DNA of 64,000 bases from Mobula hypostoma (Eukaryota), in NCBI RefSeq assembly GCF_963921235.1, contig NC_086102.1, positions 122,140,001 through 122,204,000 on the forward strand, given 5' to 3'. This document shows positions 1 through 12,407 of the stretch, piece after piece. The translations under genes were made by a program, and so were the position numbers. Position 1 is the stretch's first letter. Each line of letters begins with the position of its first letter. The notes beneath the pieces were generated by a model. It did no database searches and was not told the origin of the DNA. It saw nothing but the letters and a program-made list of their open reading frames with translations.

Positions 1-492
1 ACAGGTAGCTGAAGAGATTGTGTAAGCATTAATAACAATCTTTCAAGAATCATTATTCTGGAATGGTTCCAGAGAACTGGAGCAAATGTCACTCCACTCT
101 AAGAAGAGAAGGAGGCAGAATCAAGGAGATTATAGGCCAGTTAGCTTAACTTCAGTGGTTGGGAAGGTGTTGGAGTCCATTATTAAGGGTGAGGTTTCGA
201 GGTACTTGGAGGCACCAAAAGTAGGCCAAAAGCAGTATGGTTTCCGTTAGGGTAAACCTTGCCACACAAATCTGTTGTAATTCTCTGAGGAAATAACAGG
301 CAGGATAGACAGCAGATGTTGTTTACTTGGATTTTCAGAAGGCCTTTGACAAGACGCCACACACAAGAACCCAAGGCATTATAGGAAAGGTACTAGTATG
401 GATAGAAGATTAGCTGATTGGCAGGACACAAAAAGTCATAATAAAGGGGGCCAAGGGGTCTGTACTAGGACCACTTCTTTTCATGTTATACG
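1..492 (+). mobile_element. CR1 LINE RT fragment (left part, split by Gypsy insertion)
   Basis: Decayed NYRPVSLTSVVGK, YLDFQKAFDK and GSVLGPLLF motifs; continues at 3777. Confidence 0.85.
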
Positions 493-3400
493 TGTAATGA
501 CCTGCTAATGTAATGGTTTCTTTCAAGGGTAACAATTGTGGGGGGCATTATTTGGGATTGATTTCGTTGGATGCTGTGTGATTATCATGAGCATTGAACC
601 AGTGGGATAGATATTCGTAATCCGGATGAATTGTTAATTCGCCTGTTAAGTACTGTTAAAGTTACGATTCTAAGCGGAGGTTTGATAAAATGGCAGGCGC
701 AGCTCTCGTTTTAATGCAGACCAGTGCTGATGTAGCAGTAGCTGGGGGTGGAGATTTCAAAGAGAGGGTTCTATCATTTCTGAGGAGTGAGGGGAAGGAG
801 TGTTCGGATTTGGAATGTCTAATTAGTCCCCATCCCCCAGGGAAGAGTGAGAATTCTGAGTTAGTATCTGCCCTTACCTCTCTAGCAAATAAATGGAAAA
901 ATGCCCAGGTTCAAAGTCCAGCTATGGTAGGCTCCGCCTATTCTCTGGAATAATGCCCACTCCTAACGGGGAAGAGGAATATGAGACTTAGGGGGAGCAG
1001 ACCTTTCAGTTGTTAGGTGAGTGGTAGTGCCCTGATGACACAAAGCGACAGATTGGTTGAGAGTTTGAGTGGGCGGGCTGCTAACATTGTGACAGCCGTC
1101 AGGTTGCAGTATCCTGTAGCTACAGCTGTAGATTACATGAAAGCACTGGACAATGCCTTTGGCACGACAGGGAGCCCACTGGAGCTCATGATGGGGTTTC
1201 AGAACATGTGTTAGGAGAAGTGGGAGAAGATTTCTGCTTACATTTTTCAGCTAAAGAGGCAGCTAAATTGCTATGGGGCAGAGGCGTCTTCAGGTGGCTG
1301 AGGTGGATCAGTTAAGAATGGACCAGATAGCCAAGAGCACCCAGTCCCAGGAACCGATTGCTTGGGGTCTCCGACAGTCTCGTAAGATGTGCCCCCTGCC
1401 TTTATTGAGCTGGGTCAGCAAGATGATCTGGGCATCGGTTCCATTTGGTCAGCGGTGAAAAAGGGAGACATGGATCAGGCAGGGAAGACGAAACACGCAG
1501 TGGTGCCTCCATTACTGAGAGAACGGCCTCAGTTGGTGTTGCAGAACCAGATCCTATACCGGGTCACATCACCCCCGGACCGGCTTCAGCATTGCCAACT
1601 AGTTCTGCAGAGAAGTACGGAGGATTGCGTTGAAGTCACTTCATGATGATTCTGGACATTTGGGTGTTGAAAAGACCTATGGATGGCTCAGAGACCAGTT
1701 TTACTGGCCCCAAATGAAGTTGGAGGTCAAAGAATGCTGCAAGTCGTGCATTCAGTGCATACGGCAGAAGGCGCTGCCTACGTGGGCAGCCTAGGTAGAG
1801 TGCGGGGCCCCTGGACCTGTGTGTATGGATTTCCTGTCAATAGAACCCAATGCCAGCAACACAGCGAATGTCTTAGTCATCACGGACCACTGATATACAC
1901 AGGCTTTTCCTACCAAGGACCAGAGGGCGTCCACGGTGGCCAAAGTGTTATGGGAGAAGTATTTCATTTATTATGGCCTTCCCAAGCGGATACATAGTGA
2001 TCAGGGATGGGATTTCGAGAGCCGACTCATCCATGAGCTACTGGGCATGCTTGGAGTTGGGAAGTCGAGGACAACGCCCTATCATCCGCAGGGTGATACC
2101 CAGCCTAAGAGTTTTAATCAGGCCTTACTAGACATGCTCGGGTCCTTGGAGATCAGCAAGAAGAGCAGGTGGAGTCAATATATTGGACATCTGGTCCACA
2201 GTTACAACTGCCACCGAAATGAAGCTACCGAGTAATCACCATACTATCTGATGTCTGGGCGTGAGGCGAGGTTGCCCATTGTATTTTGTTTTGGGGAAAG
2301 AGAAGCTAGAAAGGGCTTATGAATTAGCTGGGGTCATGGCTGCCAAGCAAAATCAAGGAAATAAGAGGAGGTATGAACAAAGGGTGAGGTTCTCCCAACT
2401 CCTGTCAGGAGACAGAGTCCTCATAAAGAACTTGGGGCTAACTGGGAAGCATAAGTTGGCTGACCTGTGGGCGGCTACGCCCTATGTGATGGAGAGTCAG
2501 ATGCCAAATCTACCAGTTTTCCAGGTGAAACCAAAGGATGGGAATGGATCTGTCAAGACTCTCCATCGGAACCACCTACTGCCCTTGGGACAAGAGATGC
2601 CAGTAGAACCAGAGCCCGACCTGGAGCTTACACCTTGTAACAGGACTCTGTGGAAATGCGGGGTGACTGCAGGGCCAACAGCAGGAGAGGTTAAGCCAGC
2701 CCCCACTCCTGAGAGGGATACTGATTCGGAGGATGAGGACCTGGATGTGTGATATATGCTGCCTTTTGCTAACTCCCCATTGGTTGAGGAAGAGACTATC
2801 AGCCCTTCGACCGCTGAGTCAAGTGAAATTGGAGGGGCTATCTGTGGACAGCCTGGGCGGGACCCTGCAAGGGAAGAAGCAGGGTTTGGCCACAGGACAC
2901 AGGGGTCCGAGTTGCCGGTGGGCATCAGTGAGAGGCCAGGAGAGGTCTAGGCAGGTAGACCAGAAGTATTCCCATCCCCAGAAGTGTCGGAACCTGAAGA
3001 GTTAGGTGAGGGGGAACGGAGGTCTCGGAGAATTAGAAGACCACCGGATAGGCTGGCCTAATGTAGCACCAGGGGAACAGAGTGTAGCTCCTATTGCTTT
3101 GGGAGCTATGTCACTGCCTTTTACACCTGGGTTGGACTTTGTCTTTTGTAGGAAGGGTTGGCAAATTATCTTAAAGTCATGAGCCCATGACTAAATTTGG
3201 TGGGGGGGAAGAGTATAACGACGTGGGAAAGGTTTCCCTGCTAATGTAATGGTTTCTCTGTAGTGCAGTGTTTGGGTTATGACTAGAGATAAGGGGGACT
3301 TTGGAATGTGCACTGGCCAATGAAGGGGGATGTTTTTCTTTCTTGTGTGCCCGAGCAAAGGTTTTGCTGTCTTTTGTTCGGTGGAAGATGGAGAGAGAAG

Positions 3401-3776
3401 AAGCCAGAACAGGCAAGTCGTAGTCTGAGGACGGAGTGGACTTGGAATGGGGTTGGGAGTCAATGCCAGAGGGGAAAAAAATTGACAGGTGAATGAACAG
3501 ACGGGAAAACAGTGAGCTCCAACATTGTGCATTAGACTGCTCATGAGAATGGGCCCTGGTTTCTTTTTTGTTTCTTTACCAACCCTATAGTCAAATTAAG
3601 AATTATAAAGTTCAATCGTTTAATTGCATATTGTGTACTGTTTGCTATTTCACAATTCTGATTTGTAACAGGGGAACACATCATGCATCATCCATCCAAA
3701 CAGGATTACTCAAGTTTGGCCAGGCCAGAGGCTGTCTTCCCCTAGATTAAGCTGCTCGCCGAACCGGAGGGTTACA
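493..3776 (+). mobile_element. Decayed, internally deleted Gypsy LTR retrotransposon (PNMA-type gag + integrase)
   Basis: TG..CA ends with TSD TACG/TATG. PNMA-like gag (LVESLSGRAANIV..DYMKALDNAFG) at ~570-1408 is joined directly to the integrase region (IHSDQG, TTPYHPQG). PPT at ~3199-3213. Many stops and frameshifts. Confidence 0.9.
3214..3776 (+). repeat. 3' LTR of Gypsy element 1
   Basis: Follows the PPT GGGGGGGAAGAG, ends GGGTTACA, and is followed by the TSD. Confidence 0.85.
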
Positions 3777-4690
3777 TATGCCAATGATTTGAATGATAGA
3801 ATTGATGGCTTTGTGGCCAAGTTTGCAGACAGGTGGTGGGGCAGGTAGTGTTGAGGACGTACGGAGTCTGCAGAAGGACTTGGACATATTGGGAGAATGG
3901 CAAAGAAGCAGCAGATGGCTCATAGTGTAAGAAGTGTATGGTGCAAGGAACAAAGGAGAAGACTATTTTCTAAACAGAGGGAAAACTCAGAAATCAGAGG
4001 TGCAAAGGGACTTAGGAGTCTTTGTACAGAATTCTGTAAAGGGTAACCTTCAGACTGGTCAGTGGTAAGGAACGCCAATGCAACGTTAGCATTCATTTTG
4101 AGGGGACTGGAATACAAGAGCAATGATTTGATGCTGAGACTTTATAAGACATTGTTCAGACCACACTTGGAACATTGTGAACAGTTTTGGGGGAGTCCAA
4201 AGGAGGTTCGTTCATGAGAATAATTCCAAGAATGAAAAGGTTACTGTATGAGGAGTGTTTGATGGCTCTGGCCCTGTACTCACCGGAGTTTAGAAGAATG
4301 AGGGGGGATCTGATTGAAACCAATCAAATAATGAAAGGTCTAAACAGAGTAGATGTGGAGAGGATGATTTCTATAGTGGGTAAGTCTAGAACCACAGGGC
4401 ACAGCCTCAGAATAGAAGGGCATCCCTTTAGAATAGAGATGAGAAGGTATTTCTTTAGCCAGAGGATGGTGAATCTATGGAATTCATTGCCATAGACGGC
4501 TATGGAGGGCAAGTCTGAGTATATATTTAAGACTGAGATCGATAGGTTCTTGGTTAGTCAGGGTGTCAAAGGTTATGGGGAGAAGGCAGAAGAATGGGGT
4601 TGAAAGGAATAATCAATCAGTCATGATGAAATGGCAAGACAGACCTGATGGGCTGAATAGCCTAATACTGCTTCTATGTCTTATGGCTCC
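3777..4690 (+). mobile_element. CR1 LINE 3' part
   Basis: NDL..IDGFVAKFAD resumes after the LTR. RRMRGDLIET and FFSQRMVNLWNSLP motifs. CR1 3' UTR ending CTATGTCTTATGG. Confidence 0.85.
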
Positions 4691-4759
4691 CACCTTCAAC
4701 AACATCTCTCCCTCAGTCACTACTTCAAATCATCACTCACTCCCGATGAGACTTGCTCT

Positions 4760-4956
4760 TTCAAATGGAGATTAGCAGTTTCTGAGATACTCAAACCTCC
4801 CCATCTGGCACCAACAATCATTTCATGGTAAAAGTCAACTAAATCATATTTCTTTTCCCATTCTGATGTTTGGTCTGAACAACAGATGTACTTCTTGACC
4901 ATGTCTGCATTGATTTGCTGATTAGATATTTGCATCAATGAACAGGTATACAGGTG
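4760..4956 (-). mobile_element. Tc1/mariner-derived fragment
   Basis: Encodes KKYDLVDFYHEMIVGARWGGLSISETA, resembling a Tc1 transposase N-terminal HTH. Confidence 0.7.
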
Positions 4957-5489
4957 AAGCTGTAAAATGGAATGAGGGTCTGAACTACTGCTCAGAACTG
5001 AAGTCAAAAGAAGAAAGCTGGAAATAGCTAGAAGCCTGTGAGACAAAACCTGAGTTAACATTATTGATCTATAACCTTAAGCAGAACAGTATAACAGACA
5101 ATGGGAGTTTTGGTGAAGGGTGGCCTGTGTGTGGTGGACTGTCACAGAACTTAGTATCAGGGATTTTGCATATTGTGGAATATGTTAATGATTTGAACTT
5201 AAACATGGAAGCCAAATTTAAGAAGTTTGCTGATGACTGAAAATTGGCAGTGTGATTAATAGTTTGGAAGAAAATTTAGGCTGCAGTATGCTATCAAATG
5301 GCTGATTAGATGGGCACAAAAGAGCAAATTCAATCCTAAGAAGCATTAGGTAATACACTTAAGGAAGGCAATATGTATTAGTAGAAGAATAGAAGAATTT
5401 TGGCTTCCATGTTCATACATGATCGAAGGATGATGAGATGATTATAAAGGTATACTAGACACTTCACTAAATCAGACAATGATTTAATA

Positions 5490-6660
5490 CAGCGGTCCCC
5501 AACCATCGGGCCGCAAAGCAGGTGCTACCGGGCCGCGAGGAAACGATATGATTTGGCGATATGAGTCAGCTGCACCTTTCCTCATTCCTTGTCACGCCCA
5601 CTGTTGAGCTTGAACACACGTGAGGTCATTACGCACGCGTCATCCATGTCAGCGCGGGAAGAAGATCAATTCCTCGAGCTTGCAAATGACATCTCTGCCG
5701 GCATTCCGGGTCAAAGTCAAGGCTGAATATTCTGAGATAGCCAAGAAAGCACTGAAAACGTTACTTCCATTTCCAACAAATCTCTGCAATGAATGCAACA
5801 AAAACTAAATTGCGGAATAGACTGGACATAAGGAACCCCCTTCGAGTATTGCTGTCTCCCATCACCTCTTAATGGCACCATCTTGTTGCAGGGAAACAAG
5901 TATTCAGCCCGGGGCTCCCACTGATTCAGCGATATTGGTGTGTTGCAATGATTTTATATGTTCATACGAGGAAAATATGTGCTGTGTGTTTAATATCCGA
6001 ATGTTACTTAAAATGCTATAGACATAAGTGACTTATATAACCATATAACAATTACAGCACGGAACCAGGCCATCTTTGCCCTTCTAGTCCGTGCCGAACG
6101 CTACTCTCACCTAGTCCCACCGACCTGCACTCAGCCCATAACCCTCCATTCCTTTCCTGTCCATATACCTATCCAATTTTTCTTTAAATAATATCGAACC
6201 TGCCTCTACCACTTCTACTGAAAGTTCGTTCAACACTTACTTCAAGCTCCCCTGTCCTCCACTGATAATTGACTTATCACTATGTTCATGCGAGGAAAAT
6301 ATGCAGTGTGTTTAATATTAAATTCGTTAGATAAACACTTTTAGAAACGAAATTGAGTGTATTAGCCACTTATCACCTATATTCCGATCGTGATTAACAC
6401 CCCCCGCCCCCGAACAGAATCACCGAAAGTGACTTGTGGAAAAAAATTGGCACGCACACGCATGCGCAAGTCACACATGTGCACACAGGTGCCCACGCAA
6501 GGCTTCATGGTCATGGTAGTCTTTCTCGGGGTAAACACAACGTATTTGACTACTACTCTTGTCTGTTGGCAACCCTGCCCCCCCTCCCGGGTCGGCCGGT
6601 CTGCAAGAATATTGTCGATAATAAACCGGTCCACGGTGCAAAAAAGGTTGGGGACCCCTG
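5490..6660 (+). mobile_element. Non-autonomous hAT (Charlie-like) composite element
   Basis: TIRs CAGCGGTCCCCAACC / GGTTGGGGACCCCTG with a perfect 8-bp TSD ATTTAATA. Contains a hAT dimerisation-domain remnant (KAEYSEIAKKALKTLLPFPT; TKLRNRLDIR). Confidence 0.9.
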
Positions 6661-7615
6661 ATTTAATAAGAGCAGGGAGAGCATGCTATGGATTTTAGGC
6701 TACAGCTGGAAAGCTGGACAACACACAAATAAAAATGGGAAAGTACAGAGGAGATTTAAGTGGATATTACCAGGACTGGAAAATTATCAAGATCAAACTG
6801 GACTGTTGATGTGTTCTTCAGAGCAATGGGGACAATTAAATGGAAAGCATACAATGCATGAGCATGAGAAAGGGAACCTACTTCCCATGGTAGAGAGAGT
6901 CAATCATTAGGGGAGATATGGCATTTAATGTAATTGGAAAAATTAAAGGGTAATTCAGGATAAATTGGTATGAAGTCGCTGGTACTAAGCTCTGTGACAA
7001 ACCCCTGTACACAGGACATCCATCACTGAAACCCTCATTGACCTTTACACTGTGGTACTTAAGCTTATCAATCTGTAATGTTAACTCAGGTTTTCTCTCC
7101 CAGCTGTTAAAGAACTCTCTATTGGCTTCACAGACCAACTAATCTCAAACACAACAGATCATTCCGAGGGTCGAGGCTTGACAAAGAGAACAAACCCTGG
7201 AAAAGGGGGGTGGTGAAAGGAAGGATAAACAGACCTCATCTACCCTGAGTGTGCCAAGGCCAATCCTCCTATTCTAATCACAGTGAATAACATGCAACAT
7301 GCAGTGACATCCTACCAATTGCTCCAGCCACATAAGAAACTATCAAGTAATAAGCCTCTTCTACAATGCAGCTAGACATATTTACAATATTTCAGTTTGC
7401 CTTCTACCAACAATTTCTATTCCATGAGAGGTCCCTATATTTTATTCTCCCTTGCCATTCCACAACATGTGGAGTAAGCACAATGATCTGCGGGCTTTCC
7501 TGTGGTGCGACTGACCGCAATGCACATTGCTTTGTTGGCACTACTGCTCAATAAAGTGGTAATAGATGCAGCAGAGTCAAAAGGCAGTCAATCACTGTAA
7601 AAAAGGAAAAGGACC

Positions 7616-8165
7616 TCAACCAACACACATCAAAGTTGCTGGTGAACGCAGCAGGCCAGGCAGCATCTGTAGGAAGAGGTGCAGTCGACGTTTCAGGCCG
7701 AGACCCTTCGTCAGGACTAACTGAAGGAAGAGTGAGTAAGGGATTTTAAAGTTGGAGGGGGAGGGGGAGATCCAAAATGATAGAAGACAGGAGGGGGAGG
7801 GATGGAGCCAAGAGCCGGACAGGTGATTGGCAAAAGGGGATACGAGAGGATCATGGGACAGGAGGTCCGGGAAGAAAGACAAGGAGGGCGGGGGGGGGGA
7901 CCCAGAGGATGGGCAAGAAGAATATGCAGAGGGACAGAGGGAGAAAAAGGAGAGTGAGAGAAAGAATGTGTGCATAAAAATAAGTAACAGATGGGGTACG
8001 AGGGGGAGGTGGGGCCTTAGCGGAAGTTAGAGAAGTCGATGTTCATGCCATCAGGTTGGAGGCTACCCAGACGGAATATAAGATGTTGTTCCTCCAACCT
8101 GAGTGTGGCTTCATCTTTACAGTAGAGGAGGCCGTGGATAGACATGTCAGAATGGGAATGGGATG
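7616..8165 (-). mobile_element. Penelope-like element 3' fragment
   Basis: End of the GIY-YIG ORF (EEQHLIFRLGSLQPDGMNIDF), pyrimidine-rich UTR and hammerhead motif. Confidence 0.85.
7683..7718 (-). ncRNA. Minimal type I hammerhead ribozyme motif (Penelope-associated)
   Basis: AGTC CTGACGA AGG-GTCTCGG-CCT GAAAC GTC GACT: intact CUGANGA and GAAA core, stem I AGUC/GACU, stem II and GUC cleavage triplet. Confidence 0.8.
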
Positions 8166-8728
8166 AACCGTCACAAGCAACACACTAAGCAAATTAATGC
8201 CAGCGCTCTTCTTTCTGTTGTGCTATTCACAAGAAAAGCATCATGATCAGCAAAACCATGGCTTCTGGTCTGCTGGCTCTATCCAATAACCACATGGCTT
8301 ATAACTCTGGAATACACCCTGACAGTGACTTCTATATTACCAGATAAAATACAATAAGAGCAGACAACTGGCATGTTGAAGCGAGTTACCTAACCCAACT
8401 TTTCTGAAGTGCCCTGCATAACTTGGTAAAGTGGACGTTACAATTTGACAACTATATACTAGACTAGCTCACCACCCTGAAGCAAAGGCCTTGCCTCTAC
8501 CAGAGAGCAGCTGCTGAACATAAGGAAAAGGATGGAAGGGAAATGAGAATGAAGGAAGAGGATGAGGATAAGAAGTTAAACTGCAGGGAAAGGTGCAATC
8601 CTTCAGCGAGGCTGTGTATTAACAACTCATCCAATAATGCTATCAATAAACACAATCTCAGTCACCATTACCTTGACATTCATACAAATCATCATAGCCA
8701 CTACATAAAAATAAAAGCCAATGTTAAA

Positions 8729-9338
8729 TGTATGGGGTCTTTCTTTTGTTACATTTAAAATGGCGATTTTGTTATGTTAATCTGGGGAATGTGGCTTTGT
8801 TGTGCTTTAACGCTGAAGAGAGTTTGCGCTAACAGTTTGATTTTACTTTAAAATGAGATAACAGGGTTCTATTAGCCAATGGCTGGTTATGTATCGTTTT
8901 GTTTTTGGATGCCATGCTGTATGATATGACTGTGGACTGAGTTTTGGCGGGGAGTCGGAGGAGAGACGAGGAAGACCGCGGACGTGTGGAGAGGCTCCGG
9001 TCGATCACTAAGGGTGGTCCCGAGCCCTGAGTCGACGGAATTCGGGTGGTCGTCTGAAGTCGAATTGAGCTCCAACGGTAGCGCGCGAAGAACTTGGACT
9101 TTGATAAGTGTTGGCGCCTTTTTTTTTCATTACTTTCCTCTCTGTATCAAATGTATATTAATGTCATAGAATTAGTAATATCTATAAAGTGTATTTGTTA
9201 AAATTCACTGGGCGTGCTGGCTGATGATTGATGTTGGTGATTGATTCGGGCGGCAACCGACCCTGTGGGGAGTGTTGAGGCGGGTGCTGGGCTGGATTTC
9301 CCCTAGACATACACGAGCCACTATAACTGAACGTTACA
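8729..9338 (+). repeat. 5' LTR (610 bp)
   Basis: Direct repeat of 12408-13016. Confidence 0.97.
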
Positions 9339-9340
9339 AG

Positions 9341-9360
9341 TGGGGGCTACCGTCCTGGAT
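9341..9360 (+). other. Primer-binding site, tRNA-Pro-like
   Basis: TGGGGGCTACCGTCCTGGAT starts 2 nt after the LTR and resembles the canonical Pro PBS TGGGGGCTCGTCCGGGAT. Confidence 0.7.
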
Positions 9361-9410
9361 TTGGACTTTTTGGGAAAGTTGTACTTGTCGTTGTGGTAAG
9401 TGGTGTGAAG

Positions 9411-12386
9411 ATGGATCGAGATAAGATTGTAAATTGGTGTGAATTGGAGGAACATGAGGAGCAGCTGCTGAAGGTGCTGAGTCGACTGAAGGAGGAAGGA
9501 TTAAAACTTTCCCTGGATAAATGTCAGTTCTGCAAGACGTCAGGCAGTTATGTTGGGCACATAATCTCGCGAAATGGAGTGGCCACCGATCCAGATAAGA
9601 TAGCCGCAGTCACCACCTGGCCGAGACCTCAGAAGGTGAGCGCCTTATGCTTGTTTTTGGGGTTTTGCGGATATTACCGGCGGTTCGTGAAAGGATATGC
9701 GAAAATGAGTCATCCATTGAACCAGCTGCTGTGTGGCTATCCACCGGTGGGGAGGAGGAGGAAGGGAGACCGAGGGTTGGAGGTAGGAGGATACTTGAAC
9801 CCGGGGGAGCCTTTTGGATTGAGGTAGGATGCTCAATGTGAGGAGGCGTTCTAATCTCTAAAAAGGGCGCTGACGCAGGCCCCAGTGTTGGCATTTGCTG
9901 ATCCCCGGAAGCCGTATGTTCTACACACTGATGCCAGTCACGACGGTCTGGGGGCTGTTCTGTACCAGGAACAGGGAAACGGATTGAGGCCGGTAGTGTT
10001 TGTCAGTCGGAGTTTGTCGCCATCTGAGAGAAACTATCCCACTCACAAGCTGGAGTTCTTGGCGTGGAAATGGGCGGTGGTGGACAAGTTGAGTGACTAC
10101 CTATATGGGGCCCAGTTTGAGGTGAGAACTGATAACAACCCCCTCACTTATATCCTGACCTCGGCGAAGCTGGATGCTACTGGGCACCGGTGGTTAGCAG
10201 CCTTGTCTGCCTATGATTTCAGCCTGAAGTACCGCCCGGGGAGTCGGAACATCGATGCAGATGCCCTGTCTCGTCGGGTGCACGACGAGCCGGGCACGGC
10301 CGAGGAGTGGAAGAGTGTCCCCGCCCAGGGAGTAAAGGCCATGTGTCAAGTTGGGAGTGACGGGGAAGTAGGAGCACAGATGGGAACGGATCGGGCAGTA
10401 GATCAACCTGGGGCTGACGATGACGCGCTGCCCACTGTTTACTGTAATGTGACTGCTCTGAGGAACAGGCAGCTGCCAGAGTTGAGTCCCCAGGAAGTAG
10501 AGGCGGCTCAGCGTGATGACCCAAGCATTGGCACTATCTGGTACGCGGTTAGCCGGGGTGATATGGGGCAGGTGGAGAAGGCGAAACATGCCTCCGTTCC
10601 CCTACTACTGAAGGAGTGGCCTCGGTTGAAGCTGAAGAACCACGTCCTGTACTGGGTCACGTCGCCTCCGGACCACCCCCGGCACTGGCAGCTAGTCATG
10701 CCTGAGAAGTATCGGAAGACTGTGCTCCAGGCTCTACATGATGATTCCGGGCACTTAGGGGTAGAGAAGACCTATGGATTAGTCAAGGACTGGTTTTACT
10801 GGCCCCGGATGAGGGGGGAGGTGGAAGAATACTGTAAGACCTGTAGCCGTTGCGTCAGGAGGAAGACCTTGCCTGCGCAGGCGGCCCCGTTATCCTACTT
10901 GCAGCGTGCGGGACCCATGGACCTGGTGTGTATGGATTTCCTGTCTATTGAGCCAGACACCAGCAATACCATGAATGTCTTGGTCCTCACGGATCACTAC
11001 ACTAGATATGCGCAGGCTTTTCCTACTAAGGATCAGAAAGCCACTACAGTGGCGAAGGTGTTATGGGAGAAGTACTTTGTTCATTATGGCCTTCCCCGGC
11101 GGATCCACAGTGATCAGGGACGGGACTTTGAGAGCAGGCTTATACATGAATTGCTGGATATGCTTGGGGTTGAAAAGTCCAGAACCACTCCCTATCACCC
11201 ACAGGGTGATCCTCAACCCGAGAGGTTTAACCGGACCCTGCTGGACATGCTCGGCACCTTGGAGATTGGACAGAAGAGTAAGTGGAGTCGGCACATTGCC
11301 CATTTGGTTCATTGTTACAATTGTACTCGCAATGATGCTACGGGGTACTCGCCCTACTATCTGATGTTCGGACGGGAAGTGAGGTTGCCCATTGATCTGT
11401 GTTTTGGGACTGAAGCGGGGGAAATACCTTCGAAGCCATGTCTGAAGTACGTGTCCGATATGAGGAGAGAGTTGAAAAGGGCGTACGAGTTGGCTGAGGC
11501 GGCAGCCACCAAGCAGAACCAGCGGAATAAAAGGAGGTATGATCAGAAGGTAAAGTTCGTCCAGCTACTGCCGGGAGACCGAGTCCTTATCTGGAATTTA
11601 GGACTACAGGGTAAGCACAAGTTGGCGGACCGTTGGGCAGCCACCCCCTATGTGGTGGAGAGTCAGATGCCGAATCTCCCGGTTTACCGGGTGAGACCTG
11701 AGGGAGGGCAGGGGCCTGTCAAGGTACTCCATCGGAACCACCTGTTGCCTCTGGGTTGAGAGATGAAGATGGACCCAGAGCCCGAATGGGAGTTTACTCC
11801 TATTACGAGGACTCTGCGAGGGCGCAGGAAGAGCCCGCTGCGAAGAAAACGGGGCCGGGTCCTCACCTCGAGAAGGGATACGTCATCGGAAGATGATGAG
11901 TCGGACGTGTGGTACCTGCTTCCGTTCGCTGATTCCCCGGTGCTGGGAGAAGAGACTCTTGGCCCTTCCATCACTGAATCAGGGGAACCAAGGGAGGGTG
12001 TTGCAGAGCCGCCTGTATTACAGCCGGGATTGGGGGAGGGTGTTGCAGAGCCGCCTGTATTACAGCCGGGATTGGGGGAGGAGAGGGTGGAGGCAGAACC
12101 CGAGCCAGAGGGCTCACAGGGGCAGAGGGATCCCGGTGAAGGGGAAGGTCCGACAGATAGGCCCGAGGGGTCAACTGGGGTGTCTGAACAGGGAGAGTCA
12201 GCAGAGGAAGTACAGAGGCCTCAGAGGAGTAGGCATCCCCCGGAAAGACTCACTTATATAGCGCCGGGAGAGCAGGGTGTGATCTCTACTGCCCTGCAAA
12301 GTTATGTCACTGCTTTATGCACCTGGGTTGGGTTTTATGTTTTACAAGGAGCACTGCTGAACTCTGTTAACGTCATGAGGGCATGA
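9411..12386 (+). pseudogene. Gypsy gag-pol remnant: 13 gag codons fused to RT C-terminus, RNase H and integrase
   Basis: Single frame with stops at 9825, 9852 and 11757. The 624-aa open segment 9885-11759 has RNase H (LHTDAS, LEFLA, TDNNPL, DADALSR), an HHCC zinc finger and the DDE core (MDF, HSDQG, PERFNRTL). Confidence 0.92.
11992..12079 (+). repeat. 42-bp in-frame tandem duplication
   Basis: [14 protein letters not shown] occurs twice, with a 42-nt period (12001/12043). Confidence 0.9.
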
Positions 12387-12407
12387 CTTTTTGTGGTGGT
12401 GGGAGAG

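Noticed and set aside
9885-11759. 624-aa ORF as a domesticated integrase gene
   Set aside because: It lies between near-identical LTRs with a TSD and is bounded by nonsense mutations in a longer pol frame; this is a recent provirus.
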